Below are positions 43,958-51,483 of a stretch of 56,131 nucleotides of DNA, piece by piece. The notes under the pieces are model-generated. The model worked only from the letters and a program-made list of their open reading frames with translations, was not told the origin of the DNA and did no database searches. Positions within the stretch are counted from its first letter, which is position 1. Every line of letters starts with the position of its first letter. Source of the DNA: Gaiellales bacterium (GTDB lineage Bacteria > Actinomycetota > Thermoleophilia > Gaiellales > F1-60-MAGs149); NCBI GenBank assembly GCA_038321545.1, contig JBBQFB010000002.1:1-56131 (forward strand), written 5' to 3'. The position numbers and the translations under genes are program-made.

Positions 43958-45166
43958 TCAGGCCTCGACGCCCTCCCACAGACCCTTCACGCGATCCCAC
44001 TCGGCGTCGGCCGGATCGGGCGAGGGCGGGAAGTAACGGCTCCCGGGATGCCGGTGCGCCGGCGGCGTCCACGAGCCGCGGTCGACCAGACGCTGGATGT
44101 TCGCGCGGTACACCTCGTCCACCTCGGCGTGCTGCTTCGGATCGTCGTGGAGCCACAGGTTGGCGGGGTGGATGGGCGCGTCGTACATCGTACTGAACAG
44201 CTCGGTGCGCAGGTCCTTCATCCAGTTGGAGTTCAGGTTCATGGCGCGGAAGTTGCGCAGCGCCTCGATGTCGACCAGGCCGGCGCAGAAGCTGTTCGCG
44301 CCGCTGCGCGACACGCCGAGCACGTTGCCCTGGAAGTCGACCACGTGACCGCCGCCGCCGCCGATGTCGTACGGGTGCTCCATCGCCGGGTGCACATAGA
44401 CCGGGCCGACGTTCGGGCACACCATGTAGACGTTGTTGAAGTGCGCGTGGGCGCGGTTCTGGAGCAGCCAGGTGCCGCCGGGATCGGGTCCGGCCTGCGT
44501 CATCGGCACGGCCTCCGACGGGCGGTAGATCACCTCGGCGCCGTTGAACGCGAGCGCCCGGATGGCCTCCGGGTACTCGCCGTCGGAACAGCAGATGGTG
44601 CCGATGTTGCCGATGTCGGGTGTGCGCAGCACCGGGTAGAAGGCCTCCGGCCCGTCCCCGAACAGCTCGACCCAGCGGTCGTAGACGTCGTGCGGCGTGC
44701 ACGACCGCTCACGGCACCAGAGGTGGTTCTTCGCCGCGCGGTGCACCACCTCGCCCTGTGGCGAGATCACGAACAGCATGTTGAAGAAGCGATCCGGCAT
44801 CACCTCGGGCCAGCGCGCCTTGCACTGGCAGATGATGTACGTGTCGTAGAGCTTCGCGAGCTCGGCCAGCCGGTCGGTCTCAGGCCCCGGGATGTCGATG
44901 AACAGGTCGCGCGCCGCGACCACGTGCGGGATATCGAAGATCTCGTCGGTGAAGCCCGTCAGCGCACCCTCGGCGAGGGCGATCATGCGCACCGGCATGT
45001 TGATGCCGATGATCGAGACGGCTGCGTGGATCGCGTCCTCGATGATCGCGAGGTTGCGCTCGATGTGCTTCCGGGCGCCGATGCCGTGGACGACCGTCGA
45101 GATGCCGACGGCCATGTACGGCGCGACGGGCGCCCGCTGGCCCTTTCCGTTCCGCGATGCAGCCAT
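43958..45166 (-). CDS. carbon-nitrogen hydrolase (nitrilase superfamily) with a C-terminal extension of about 90 aa
   Basis: 402 aa with E-K-C triad context: IALAEGAL, AAKNHLW, GTICCSDGEYPE. Confidence 0.78.
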   Translation of the reverse strand: MAASRNGKGQRAPVAPYMAVGISTVVHGIGARKHIERNLAIIEDAIHAAVSIIGINMPVRMIALAEGALTGFTDEIFDIPHVVAARDLFIDIPGPETDRLAELAKLYDTYIICQCKARWPEVMPDRFFNMLFVISPQGEVVHRAAKNHLWCRERSCTPHDVYDRWVELFGDGPEAFYPVLRTPDIGNIGTICCSDGEYPEAIRALAFNGAEVIYRPSEAVPMTQAGPDPGGTWLLQNRAHAHFNNVYMVCPNVGPVYVHPAMEHPYDIGGGGGHVVDFQGNVLGVSRSGANSFCAGLVDIEALRNFRAMNLNSNWMKDLRTELFSTMYDAPIHPANLWLHDDPKQHAEVDEVYRANIQRLVDRGSWTPPAHRHPGSRYFPPSPDPADAEWDRVKGLWEGVEA

Positions 45167-45175
45167 GGCGGAAGC

Positions 45176-45454
45176 CTACAGCCCGAACATGCGCTCCAGG
45201 TCGTGTCGCGAGTAGGCCTGGAAGGCCGTCAGCGTCTCGGTGTGCGCGACGCCGTCGACGCGCAGCAGGTGGCCCGTCACGAGCGCGGCCATCTCGTCGT
45301 TGGTCTTGACGCGCAGCAGCGCTACCAGGTCGTAGCGGCCGGCGACGGAGAAGACCTCCGACACGCCGTCGATCTCGGTGAGCTGCTGGGCGACGTCGAC
45401 GACGCGCCCGCGCTCGGTGTTGATGAGGACGATCGCGGTGACCACGGTGCCCAC
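45176..45454 (-). CDS. stand-alone Lrp/AsnC ligand-binding (RAM) domain protein
   Basis: 92 aa: ...AIVLINTERGRVVDVAQQLTEIDGVSEVFSVAGRYDLVALLRV.... No HTH domain is present. Confidence 0.72.
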   Translation of the reverse strand: MGTVVTAIVLINTERGRVVDVAQQLTEIDGVSEVFSVAGRYDLVALLRVKTNDEMAALVTGHLLRVDGVAHTETLTAFQAYSRHDLERMFGL

Positions 45455-45505
45455 TCTACAAGCAGGCCCGCGCAGGCGCCGATCCCGCCTGCCTGCAGCC
45501 TGCCG

Positions 45506-46162
45506 TCAGGGCTGGATGAGTCCGCGGCGAATGGCGTAGCGCGTGAGTTCGACGCGGTCGCTCATACCGAGCTTGTCGAGAATGTTCTGCCGATGCCGTT
45601 CAACGGTCTTGACGCTGATCCAGAGCAGCGCGGCGATCTCCTTCGACGATTGGGCCTCGGCGATCAGCTTGAGCACCTCCAGCTCGCGCGGCGTCAGGAC
45701 GTCGAACTCCTCCTCGCCACGACCGTGGCGATCGACGTACTCCCGCACCAGCGTCGCCATCGCCGACGAGTAGATGTAGGTGTCTCCGCGCATCGCGGCG
45801 CGGACGGCGTCGACGATGTCGGTGTCGGCGGCTGACTTCAGCACGTAACCGGAAGCGCCGGCCTTCAATGCCTCGAACAGGAACTGTTCGCTGTCATACA
45901 TCGACAGCATCAGGATCCGGACCTCGGGTTTTCGCTTCTGGAGTTCGGCGGCGGCCTGGATGCCCGTCTTGCGAGGCATCGACACGTCCAGGATCGCCAG
46001 GTGGACGTCCTCCGTGAGCGCCTTCTCGACCGCCTCCGCACCATCCGCAGCCTCGGCAACGACCCGCAGGTCGGGCTTGGCGTCGAGCACCTTCTTCAGG
46101 CCGGAGCGCACGATCGAGTGATCGTCGGCGATCAGAATCCGCGTCACGGCGGGGATGGTCAC
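45506..46162 (-). CDS. response regulator, NarL/LuxR family
   Basis: 218 aa: ILIADDHSIVR...LAILDVSMP...ILMLSMY...GASGYVLK, plus a LuxR HTH (LTPRELEVLKLIAEAQSSKEIAALLWISVKTVERH). Confidence 0.93.
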   Translation of the reverse strand: MTIPAVTRILIADDHSIVRSGLKKVLDAKPDLRVVAEAADGAEAVEKALTEDVHLAILDVSMPRKTGIQAAAELQKRKPEVRILMLSMYDSEQFLFEALKAGASGYVLKSAADTDIVDAVRAAMRGDTYIYSSAMATLVREYVDRHGRGEEEFDVLTPRELEVLKLIAEAQSSKEIAALLWISVKTVERHRQNILDKLGMSDRVELTRYAIRRGLIQP

Positions 46163-47145
46163 GGCGAGGCCTTCGCCGGACGCACGACGACGCCCATCGC
46201 CGGGACCTCGAGACGCACCTCGACGCCACCCGGCGAAGCAGACGTGATCGCCAGCGCGGCTCCGATCAGGACCGCCCGCTCACGCATGCCGCGCAGACCT
46301 CCATGCTCTTCGAACGTATCTGCGAGGCCGCACCCGTCGTCGATGACGCGCAACACCAAGCTGCGGGGGCCGCACTCGAGAACCATCCTCACGCGCGTCG
46401 CCCGTGCGTGGCGGGAGATGTTGGTCAGACCCTCCTGCGCGATCCGGTAGACCGCGAGCTCGACATCCGCCTCGAGCTCCGGTAGCGGCCGGGCGAACTC
46501 CCGATCAACGCGGACGCCCGAGGTTCGCGCGAAGCTACGGGTCAGCTCCGTCAGCGCACTCACGAGCCCCAGCTGCTCAAGCATCTCCGGACGCAGCTCG
46601 CTGGAGATGCGGCGCACCTCATGCAGCGCACGGCGCACCGACTGCTTGGCATCGGCGATCTCGCCGCGATGAGCTGGAGCGGTTTCGGCAATCGAGTCGA
46701 GATGCAGCAGGACACCGGTCAAGACCTGCCCCACCTCGTCGTGCAGATCACGGGCGATGCCGACGCGCTCGGCCTCCTGCGCGGCCAGAACACGCCGGCT
46801 CGTCTGTTGACGCTCGGTCTCCAACCGATCGACCATCCGGTTGAACGCGACGATGGCGCGGCCGATCTCGTCGTTCCGAAGCACCTGCAGTCGCTGGCCG
46901 GGGCGGAGGAGATCAACCGCTTCCATTTTCTGCGCGAGACGTCCGAGGGGCCTGAGAGCCCGTCGGAGCAGCACGGCGTTCGCCACCAGTCCGACCGCGA
47001 GCCCCACGACGACGATCAGCGCCTGCCCGCGCCGAATCGGCGCATCGATCTCGACCGGGCTGAACACGAGCAGAAGGGCCAGGACGCCGATGGCCGACCC
47101 GCTCGCGATGAAGGCGCGCCAGAAGACGGACATCGGACGGGACAT
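46159..47145 (-). CDS. sensor histidine kinase, HisKA_3 (NarX/DesK-like) with 2 TM and HAMP
   Basis: ORF 46159..47319(-). H-box IARDLHDEVGQVL and an HATPase_c domain (VIDDGCG...GLRGMRERA). Start set at ATG 47143-47145, before TM1. The ORF continues upstream to 47319, encoding a USP-like fragment of about 58 aa. Confidence 0.85.
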   Translation of the reverse strand: MSRPMSVFWRAFIASGSAIGVLALLLVFSPVEIDAPIRRGQALIVVVGLAVGLVANAVLLRRALRPLGRLAQKMEAVDLLRPGQRLQVLRNDEIGRAIVAFNRMVDRLETERQQTSRRVLAAQEAERVGIARDLHDEVGQVLTGVLLHLDSIAETAPAHRGEIADAKQSVRRALHEVRRISSELRPEMLEQLGLVSALTELTRSFARTSGVRVDREFARPLPELEADVELAVYRIAQEGLTNISRHARATRVRMVLECGPRSLVLRVIDDGCGLADTFEEHGGLRGMRERAVLIGAALAITSASPGGVEVRLEVPAMGVVVRPAKASP

Positions 47146-47413
47146 GGACTTCACGTCGCTGCCCCAGTCGTCCCGTTCATACGGCCATTCTCCCCTACCG
47201 CCGTCGACATGGACGAGCACGAGCCGCATGTCGAGCCGGCAGCTCTGGTCGACTGCCGTCTCAAGCGCATCACGACGTCGATCGTGGTCGTCGACACCGC
47301 AAACCACTGTACGTCGCATCCGGTCTCCCCGACGTTCGTCGGCTCACGATCACACGTCGAGCGACTCGGCGCCATCGGGTCGCGGCCCCATCTCTGCCGG
47401 GACTGGTAGGAGG

Positions 47414-47433
47414 AATGGGGTCGCGACCGGATT
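47414..47433. promoter_or_regulatory. inverted-repeat site 1: AATGGGGTCGCGACCGGATT (candidate NarL-family operator)
   Basis: Lies in the divergent HK/STAS intergenic region, about 100 nt from either ORF. It shares GAATGGGGT...ATTGGA with site 2. Confidence 0.4.
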
Positions 47434-47532
47434 GGAGAGTCGTCCGGTGCCTGCGATGGTTGAAAGAGGAACGATCCATCCCGCGCCGTTGCCGCGTGTG
47501 CCCGCCGGCGCAGCGAGATGAAGGGAGCAACG

Positions 47533-48048
47533 ATGAGCGCACAGGCGACGACGAACACGGCCCGGCACGATCGCGAAGCCGGACTGACTGTGACAGCAGG
47601 TGTTGCGGATGGCCGATGGACCGTTCGTCTGGTCGGCGAACACGATCTGGGGTCGGTGCCCATTCTGGATTCCGGCACATGCGAGATCGTCGCTGGTCTG
47701 CCGGATGTCGTCATCGACCTGAGCGGCGCCACCTTCATCGACTGCGCCATTCTCAACTGGCTCATCCGCACGAACCGCACACGGCTGCAGGCAGGGCTGA
47801 GCGGACTGCGGATTGTCGAAGGCGCGCCTTCAGGAGCAGTCGCACGTGTGCTTGACCTGGCGGGGGGCCGGACGCTGCTGGAGGGCGATCGAGTCGTCGT
47901 TCCCGCCGGTTCGGTGGCACCTCCTGATGCTGCTGTCTTCCAGCGCGCCCTTCGTACGTGGGAGTCTGAAGGTGGTAGCCTCGGCCCGGAGGACCGCGAC
48001 TTGGAGCCCGGCTCCGGCTGCGGTCCTGACCGGCGTACGCGAGAGTGA
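47533..48048 (+). CDS. STAS-domain protein (anti-sigma-factor antagonist family) with a C-terminal extension
   Basis: 171 aa from ATG 47533 (AAGGGAG 6 nt upstream; alternative ATG 47518): ...VVIDLSGATFIDCAILNWLI.... Confidence 0.72.
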   Translation: MSAQATTNTARHDREAGLTVTAGVADGRWTVRLVGEHDLGSVPILDSGTCEIVAGLPDVVIDLSGATFIDCAILNWLIRTNRTRLQAGLSGLRIVEGAPSGAVARVLDLAGGRTLLEGDRVVVPAGSVAPPDAAVFQRALRTWESEGGSLGPEDRDLEPGSGCGPDRRTRE

Positions 48049-48426
48049 GTGACCTTGGACATCCGCGCGAAGCGCGCCTACGAGGCGGCTGAAACGTCGG
48101 ACGGGTATCGCGTCCTGATCGACCGGCTCTGGCCGCGCGGTGTCACCCGACAGCGCGCCGCCCTGGACGAGTGGGACAAGTTGCTCGCCCCGAGCACCGA
48201 GCTTCGAACGTGGTTCGGGCATGACCCCGAACGCTTCGCCGAGTTTCGTCGGCGCTATCGCATCGAGCTCCGCGACCAGAGCCCGCGGCTGGCTGTCCTG
48301 AGACGACGAGCGCGGGAAGGACCGCTGACGCTGGTCTACGCCGCGCGCGATCGCGAGCACAACGGCGCGATCGTGCTCGCCGAAGTCCTTCAGCATGGCC
48401 ATTCCGCGAGGGGCGCACCCGAGTGA
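48049..48426 (+). CDS. DUF488 family protein
   Basis: 125 aa: ...DGYRVLIDRLWPRGV...WDKLLAPSTELRTWFGHDP...FRRRY...LTLVYAARD.... The GTG start directly abuts the STAS stop. Confidence 0.85.
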   Translation: MTLDIRAKRAYEAAETSDGYRVLIDRLWPRGVTRQRAALDEWDKLLAPSTELRTWFGHDPERFAEFRRRYRIELRDQSPRLAVLRRRAREGPLTLVYAARDREHNGAIVLAEVLQHGHSARGAPE

Positions 48427-48496
48427 GCGCTGTCCACCGTGCGGATCTGGCGCCGTGGCGACGTCTGAACTCGGCACGGACTTCGGGGCGAGCTCG

Positions 48497-48516
48497 AATG
48501 GGGTGAGAACCCCATT
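48497..48516. promoter_or_regulatory. inverted-repeat site 2: AATGGGGTGAGAACCCCATT (perfect 8-bp arms)
   Basis: Lies 70 nt after the DUF488 stop and 78 nt before the Gre-paralog ATG. It could act as an operator, a hairpin, or both. Confidence 0.45.
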
Positions 48517-48593
48517 GGATGCGATCCGCTTGCGTGGCACGGTTCCTGCAGGGCGCCGAGAGCGCGACGAAACGCGAGAGAGGGGTTGCGACC

Positions 48594-49058
48594 ATGAGTG
48601 ATATTGTCATGACGCAGAACGGCCTCGAGAACCTGGTACGTGAGCTTGACCGGCTGCAAGGCGAGCGCGACTTCGCCACAGATCGCATCCGGTCCTCGTT
48701 GCAGAATGGCGGCCCGGCGGCCGAGAACGGCGAGTACACCGCCGCGAGCGCCGAGCTGGGCCAGATCGAGCGCCGCATCGGCATCCTCGAGGAGCGGTTC
48801 GCCGCCGCGAGTCTGGCGCAAGCCGAATCCGACGGCGAAGTGGATATCGGCGAGACGGTCCGCGTCAAGGAGCTCGGCACGGGTGTGCTCACGACGTTTC
48901 GGATCGTCGGAGCCGGCGAAAGCGAGCCGGACGACGGCGACATCTCGTACGAGTCTCCGGTCGGCGCCGCGTTGCTCGGGTGTCGTGTCGCCGACATCGT
49001 CGAGGTGCGCATCCCGCGCGGACTGCTTCGACTCGAGATCGTTGCCGTCCACGAGTAG
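48594..49058 (+). CDS. GreA/GreB-family protein (paralog with an altered coiled-coil tip)
   Basis: 154 aa from ATG 48594 within ORF 48519..49058(+). N-terminal coiled coil with tip ...NGGPAAENGEY... (canonical GreA has HGDLxENAEY) and a C-terminal FKBP-like domain (...ISYESPVGAALLG...). Confidence 0.83.
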   Translation: MSDIVMTQNGLENLVRELDRLQGERDFATDRIRSSLQNGGPAAENGEYTAASAELGQIERRIGILEERFAAASLAQAESDGEVDIGETVRVKELGTGVLTTFRIVGAGESEPDDGDISYESPVGAALLGCRVADIVEVRIPRGLLRLEIVAVHE

Positions 49059-49094
49059 GAATGTGGGGCGCAGATGGAGTGACGACCCCATATG
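49058..49094. promoter_or_regulatory. inverted-repeat site 3: GGAATGTGGGG-N16-CCCCATATG
   Basis: Related half-sites with a longer spacer, lying between the Gre-paralog stop and the USP start (49160). Confidence 0.3.
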
Positions 49095-49159
49095 CAAATC
49101 GACCTGCGTGCATGAGCATTGCAGTGTCCACACACCACCGACCGAAGGAAGTGAGCAAG

Positions 49160-49630
49160 GTGAAAACGATCATCCTCCCAGTCGACGGGTCCGAGTCGCT
49201 GGCGGCAGTTTCGACCGCGACGGATCTCGCCGGCAGATTCTCGGCGGGTATCGTCGTCGCGCACGTCACGCGTCTCCAGCCGGGCGCACGGGGCGCGCCC
49301 GTCGCAACCTCTCCCCAGGACCACGAGGCGAAGAAGGCCGCGGCACAGCTCGTCCACGATCTGCGTCAGGCCGGGTTCGACGCGCAGCTCGAGCTCCGTC
49401 GCAGCGCGTTCGTCCACGTCGCGGACGTCATCGCCGACGTCGCGCGCCGTCATCACGCGGTCGCGATTGTTCTCGCAAGCCGGCAACGGTCACCGATCGC
49501 CCGCGCGCTGGCGTCAGGTGTCTCGCAACGCCTGCTGCGCGTCGCGCCGTGCATGGTCGTGACCGTGACGCCGAAGGCCGCCCACGCCGTGCCTGCCGAC
49601 AGCGCCTGGCGCTCCGTCGCCGCGGCCTGA
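49160..49630 (+). CDS. universal stress protein (UspA family)
   Basis: 156 aa from GTG 49160 (AAGGAAG 8 nt upstream) within ORF 48980..49630(+): KTIILPVDGSE...IVVAHV...VADVIADVARRHHAVAIVLASR.... Confidence 0.83.
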   Translation: MKTIILPVDGSESLAAVSTATDLAGRFSAGIVVAHVTRLQPGARGAPVATSPQDHEAKKAAAQLVHDLRQAGFDAQLELRRSAFVHVADVIADVARRHHAVAIVLASRQRSPIARALASGVSQRLLRVAPCMVVTVTPKAAHAVPADSAWRSVAAA

Positions 49631-49639
49631 GGGGTCCTG

Positions 49640-50269
49640 ATGGCTGCCGCACGACGGATCCAGCCAGCCGCAAAGCACACTCGATCGCCGGCGCCATCCA
49701 TCGGTGGGTGGCGCCGGCATGCGAGCGTCGCATGGCCCTATCTCGTCCCGATCGGCGTTGCGAGTGCCGCGGCCGCTACCGGCTGGGCGTCACCGCTGAC
49801 CTTGTCTGCCGTCGCGATCGCGACTGCTATCGGTGCGTCCGTTCGAGCCGGGATCGAATGCGTTCGGATCGACCTCCAGCGCGAGCGGCTCGACGCTTGG
49901 ATCATCACCAGGGGCGGCGAGGTTCCCGTTGCATCCGACCTCAGTGCACGCGTCGAAGAGCTGAGGAGCGAACGCCTGCGTGGAGCGTTGGCGACGACGC
50001 TGTGGAGAATCGCCACAGCGGCGGTCGCGACCGGCGGACCAGGCGCTGCGCGCGCCCGGAGGGCACGACGCGCACTGCAACCGTTCGTGGGTGACCTGCT
50101 CGCGCTTGCCGAGCAGCTGCGAGATATCCAGCATCCGCTCAGCCCGCGCGCCGTCGCGCTGGCGAACCGCCTCGTCAGACACGCTGAGAGCCCCATCTAC
50201 TCCACCAGGCCGGACCCCGCGCTCACGATGGCGCTTCGCGACATACAGCTGGAGCTGTGCCACGCCTAG
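49640..50269 (+). CDS. hypothetical membrane protein (2 predicted TM, helical C-terminal part)
   Basis: 209 aa: WPYLVPIGVASAAAATGWASPLTLSAVAIATAIGASV.... I recognise no family. Third-position GC is coding-like. Confidence 0.5.
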   Translation: MAAARRIQPAAKHTRSPAPSIGGWRRHASVAWPYLVPIGVASAAAATGWASPLTLSAVAIATAIGASVRAGIECVRIDLQRERLDAWIITRGGEVPVASDLSARVEELRSERLRGALATTLWRIATAAVATGGPGAARARRARRALQPFVGDLLALAEQLRDIQHPLSPRAVALANRLVRHAESPIYSTRPDPALTMALRDIQLELCHA

Positions 50270-50297
50270 CGCCTCGACCAGCGGGGAGCATCTCCGC

Positions 50298-51461
50298 CTA
50301 CTTCGACAGTGCGCCGAGGTCGGGCGTGACGACCTTCCAGATCGCGCCGGCCCGGTCTTCCTCGCGCACGCGCCCCCCGGTGAGACGCCAGTCCGTGGCC
50401 ACGCCCTGCAGCCGCGATCCGACCCAGCTGTCCGGCCCGGCCTGGACGCGGTACAGCGCCGAGTCGAGCGAGACGCCGCCGGCCTCGGCCCTCGGGTCGC
50501 CCGCCGTCACGTTGCCGGCCAGCGACAGCCACCACGCGGTCAGGCCCTCGTAGGCCGGTCGCTGCGCGTAGGCGTCCTGGCGGCAGTTGCACGGGTTCAG
50601 CCGCAGGTGCCGATCGCCGATCCGGTAGGTGTCGCTCTCGAGCCGGGTCACCGCGCGCGCCACGCGCATCGCATCGTGCGTGCGGGTGAACAGGTACGCC
50701 GCGGCCGCCAGCGTCCACGACTGCAGGTACGAGCGACCCGACCAGGCGATGTCGCCGTTCGGCGCCTGCAGCGCCGCCATCGCTCGCTCGGCGCACGCCA
50801 GCGGGCGGCCGGCGAGGCGCAGCAGCGCCGTCGTCAGCACGTGGTACGCGAGCGGGAAGCGGGGCGGGTCGCCGATGATGCAGGTGCCATCTGATCCGGC
50901 CACGCGGCGCATCCGGTCGAGCACGCGCTCGGCGTGCCGGCGGAACCGGTCCCAGCGCACGGGCTCGATGCCGGCCCGCCGGATCAGGCGGTATGCCGCG
51001 TAGTCCACGACCTGGGCGTTGCCGAAGTAGGTCGTCCGCTCCTTCCAGCCGTAGGCGCTCGGCTGGTGGCGCGCGAGGCACTTGCGCAGGGCCTTGGACG
51101 TGGCCGCGTAGTGGTGCTGGAGGTGCTGCTGCTGGAGCGACAGGTAGCCGCTCGCGATGCCGAGAATCTGGAACTCGCGGTGGTAGTTCGGGTGCCGGCA
51201 GGCCGCGAGCAGCGAGGTGAGGCCGCGCTTCACGAGTACGGGGCGGCCCGACATGACCTGGGTCGCGCCGAGCATCGCCGCGGCGTACTCGTCGAAGTAC
51301 GGATCGTCGTTGCGTGGGTCGCGACTGGCGTACGTGCCGTTGCGGTCGGGCGTCCACTGCGCGGCGATCTTCGTGCCGAGCGACCGCAGCGTCGCGGCGT
51401 CGGCGGTCGCCGTGCCGACGGACAGCACGATCGCGATCGCCAGCAGCAGCCCCCGCATCAC
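50298..51461 (-). CDS. secreted hypothetical protein
   Basis: 387 aa with signal peptide MMRGLLLAIAIVLSVGTATADA. The composition is non-repetitive, globular and rich in aromatic residues. I recognise no family. Confidence 0.6.
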   Translation of the reverse strand: MMRGLLLAIAIVLSVGTATADAATLRSLGTKIAAQWTPDRNGTYASRDPRNDDPYFDEYAAAMLGATQVMSGRPVLVKRGLTSLLAACRHPNYHREFQILGIASGYLSLQQQHLQHHYAATSKALRKCLARHQPSAYGWKERTTYFGNAQVVDYAAYRLIRRAGIEPVRWDRFRRHAERVLDRMRRVAGSDGTCIIGDPPRFPLAYHVLTTALLRLAGRPLACAERAMAALQAPNGDIAWSGRSYLQSWTLAAAAYLFTRTHDAMRVARAVTRLESDTYRIGDRHLRLNPCNCRQDAYAQRPAYEGLTAWWLSLAGNVTAGDPRAEAGGVSLDSALYRVQAGPDSWVGSRLQGVATDWRLTGGRVREEDRAGAIWKVVTPDLGALSK

Positions 51462-51483
51462 TCCCGCATTGTGCCCGGCCTGA

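Noticed and set aside
45176-45454. The small 92-aa gene as a toxin-antitoxin component.
   Set aside because: The sequence matches the Lrp/AsnC RAM ligand-binding domain. There is no paired small ORF and no toxin-like motifs.
47414-48516. Whether the palindromes are canonical DosR/DevR boxes (TTSGGGACTWWAGTCCCSAA).
   Set aside because: The geometry is similar, but the half-site sequence (AATGGGGT) differs from GGGAC. I therefore treat it only as a candidate operator of a NarL-family regulator, not as a DosR box.
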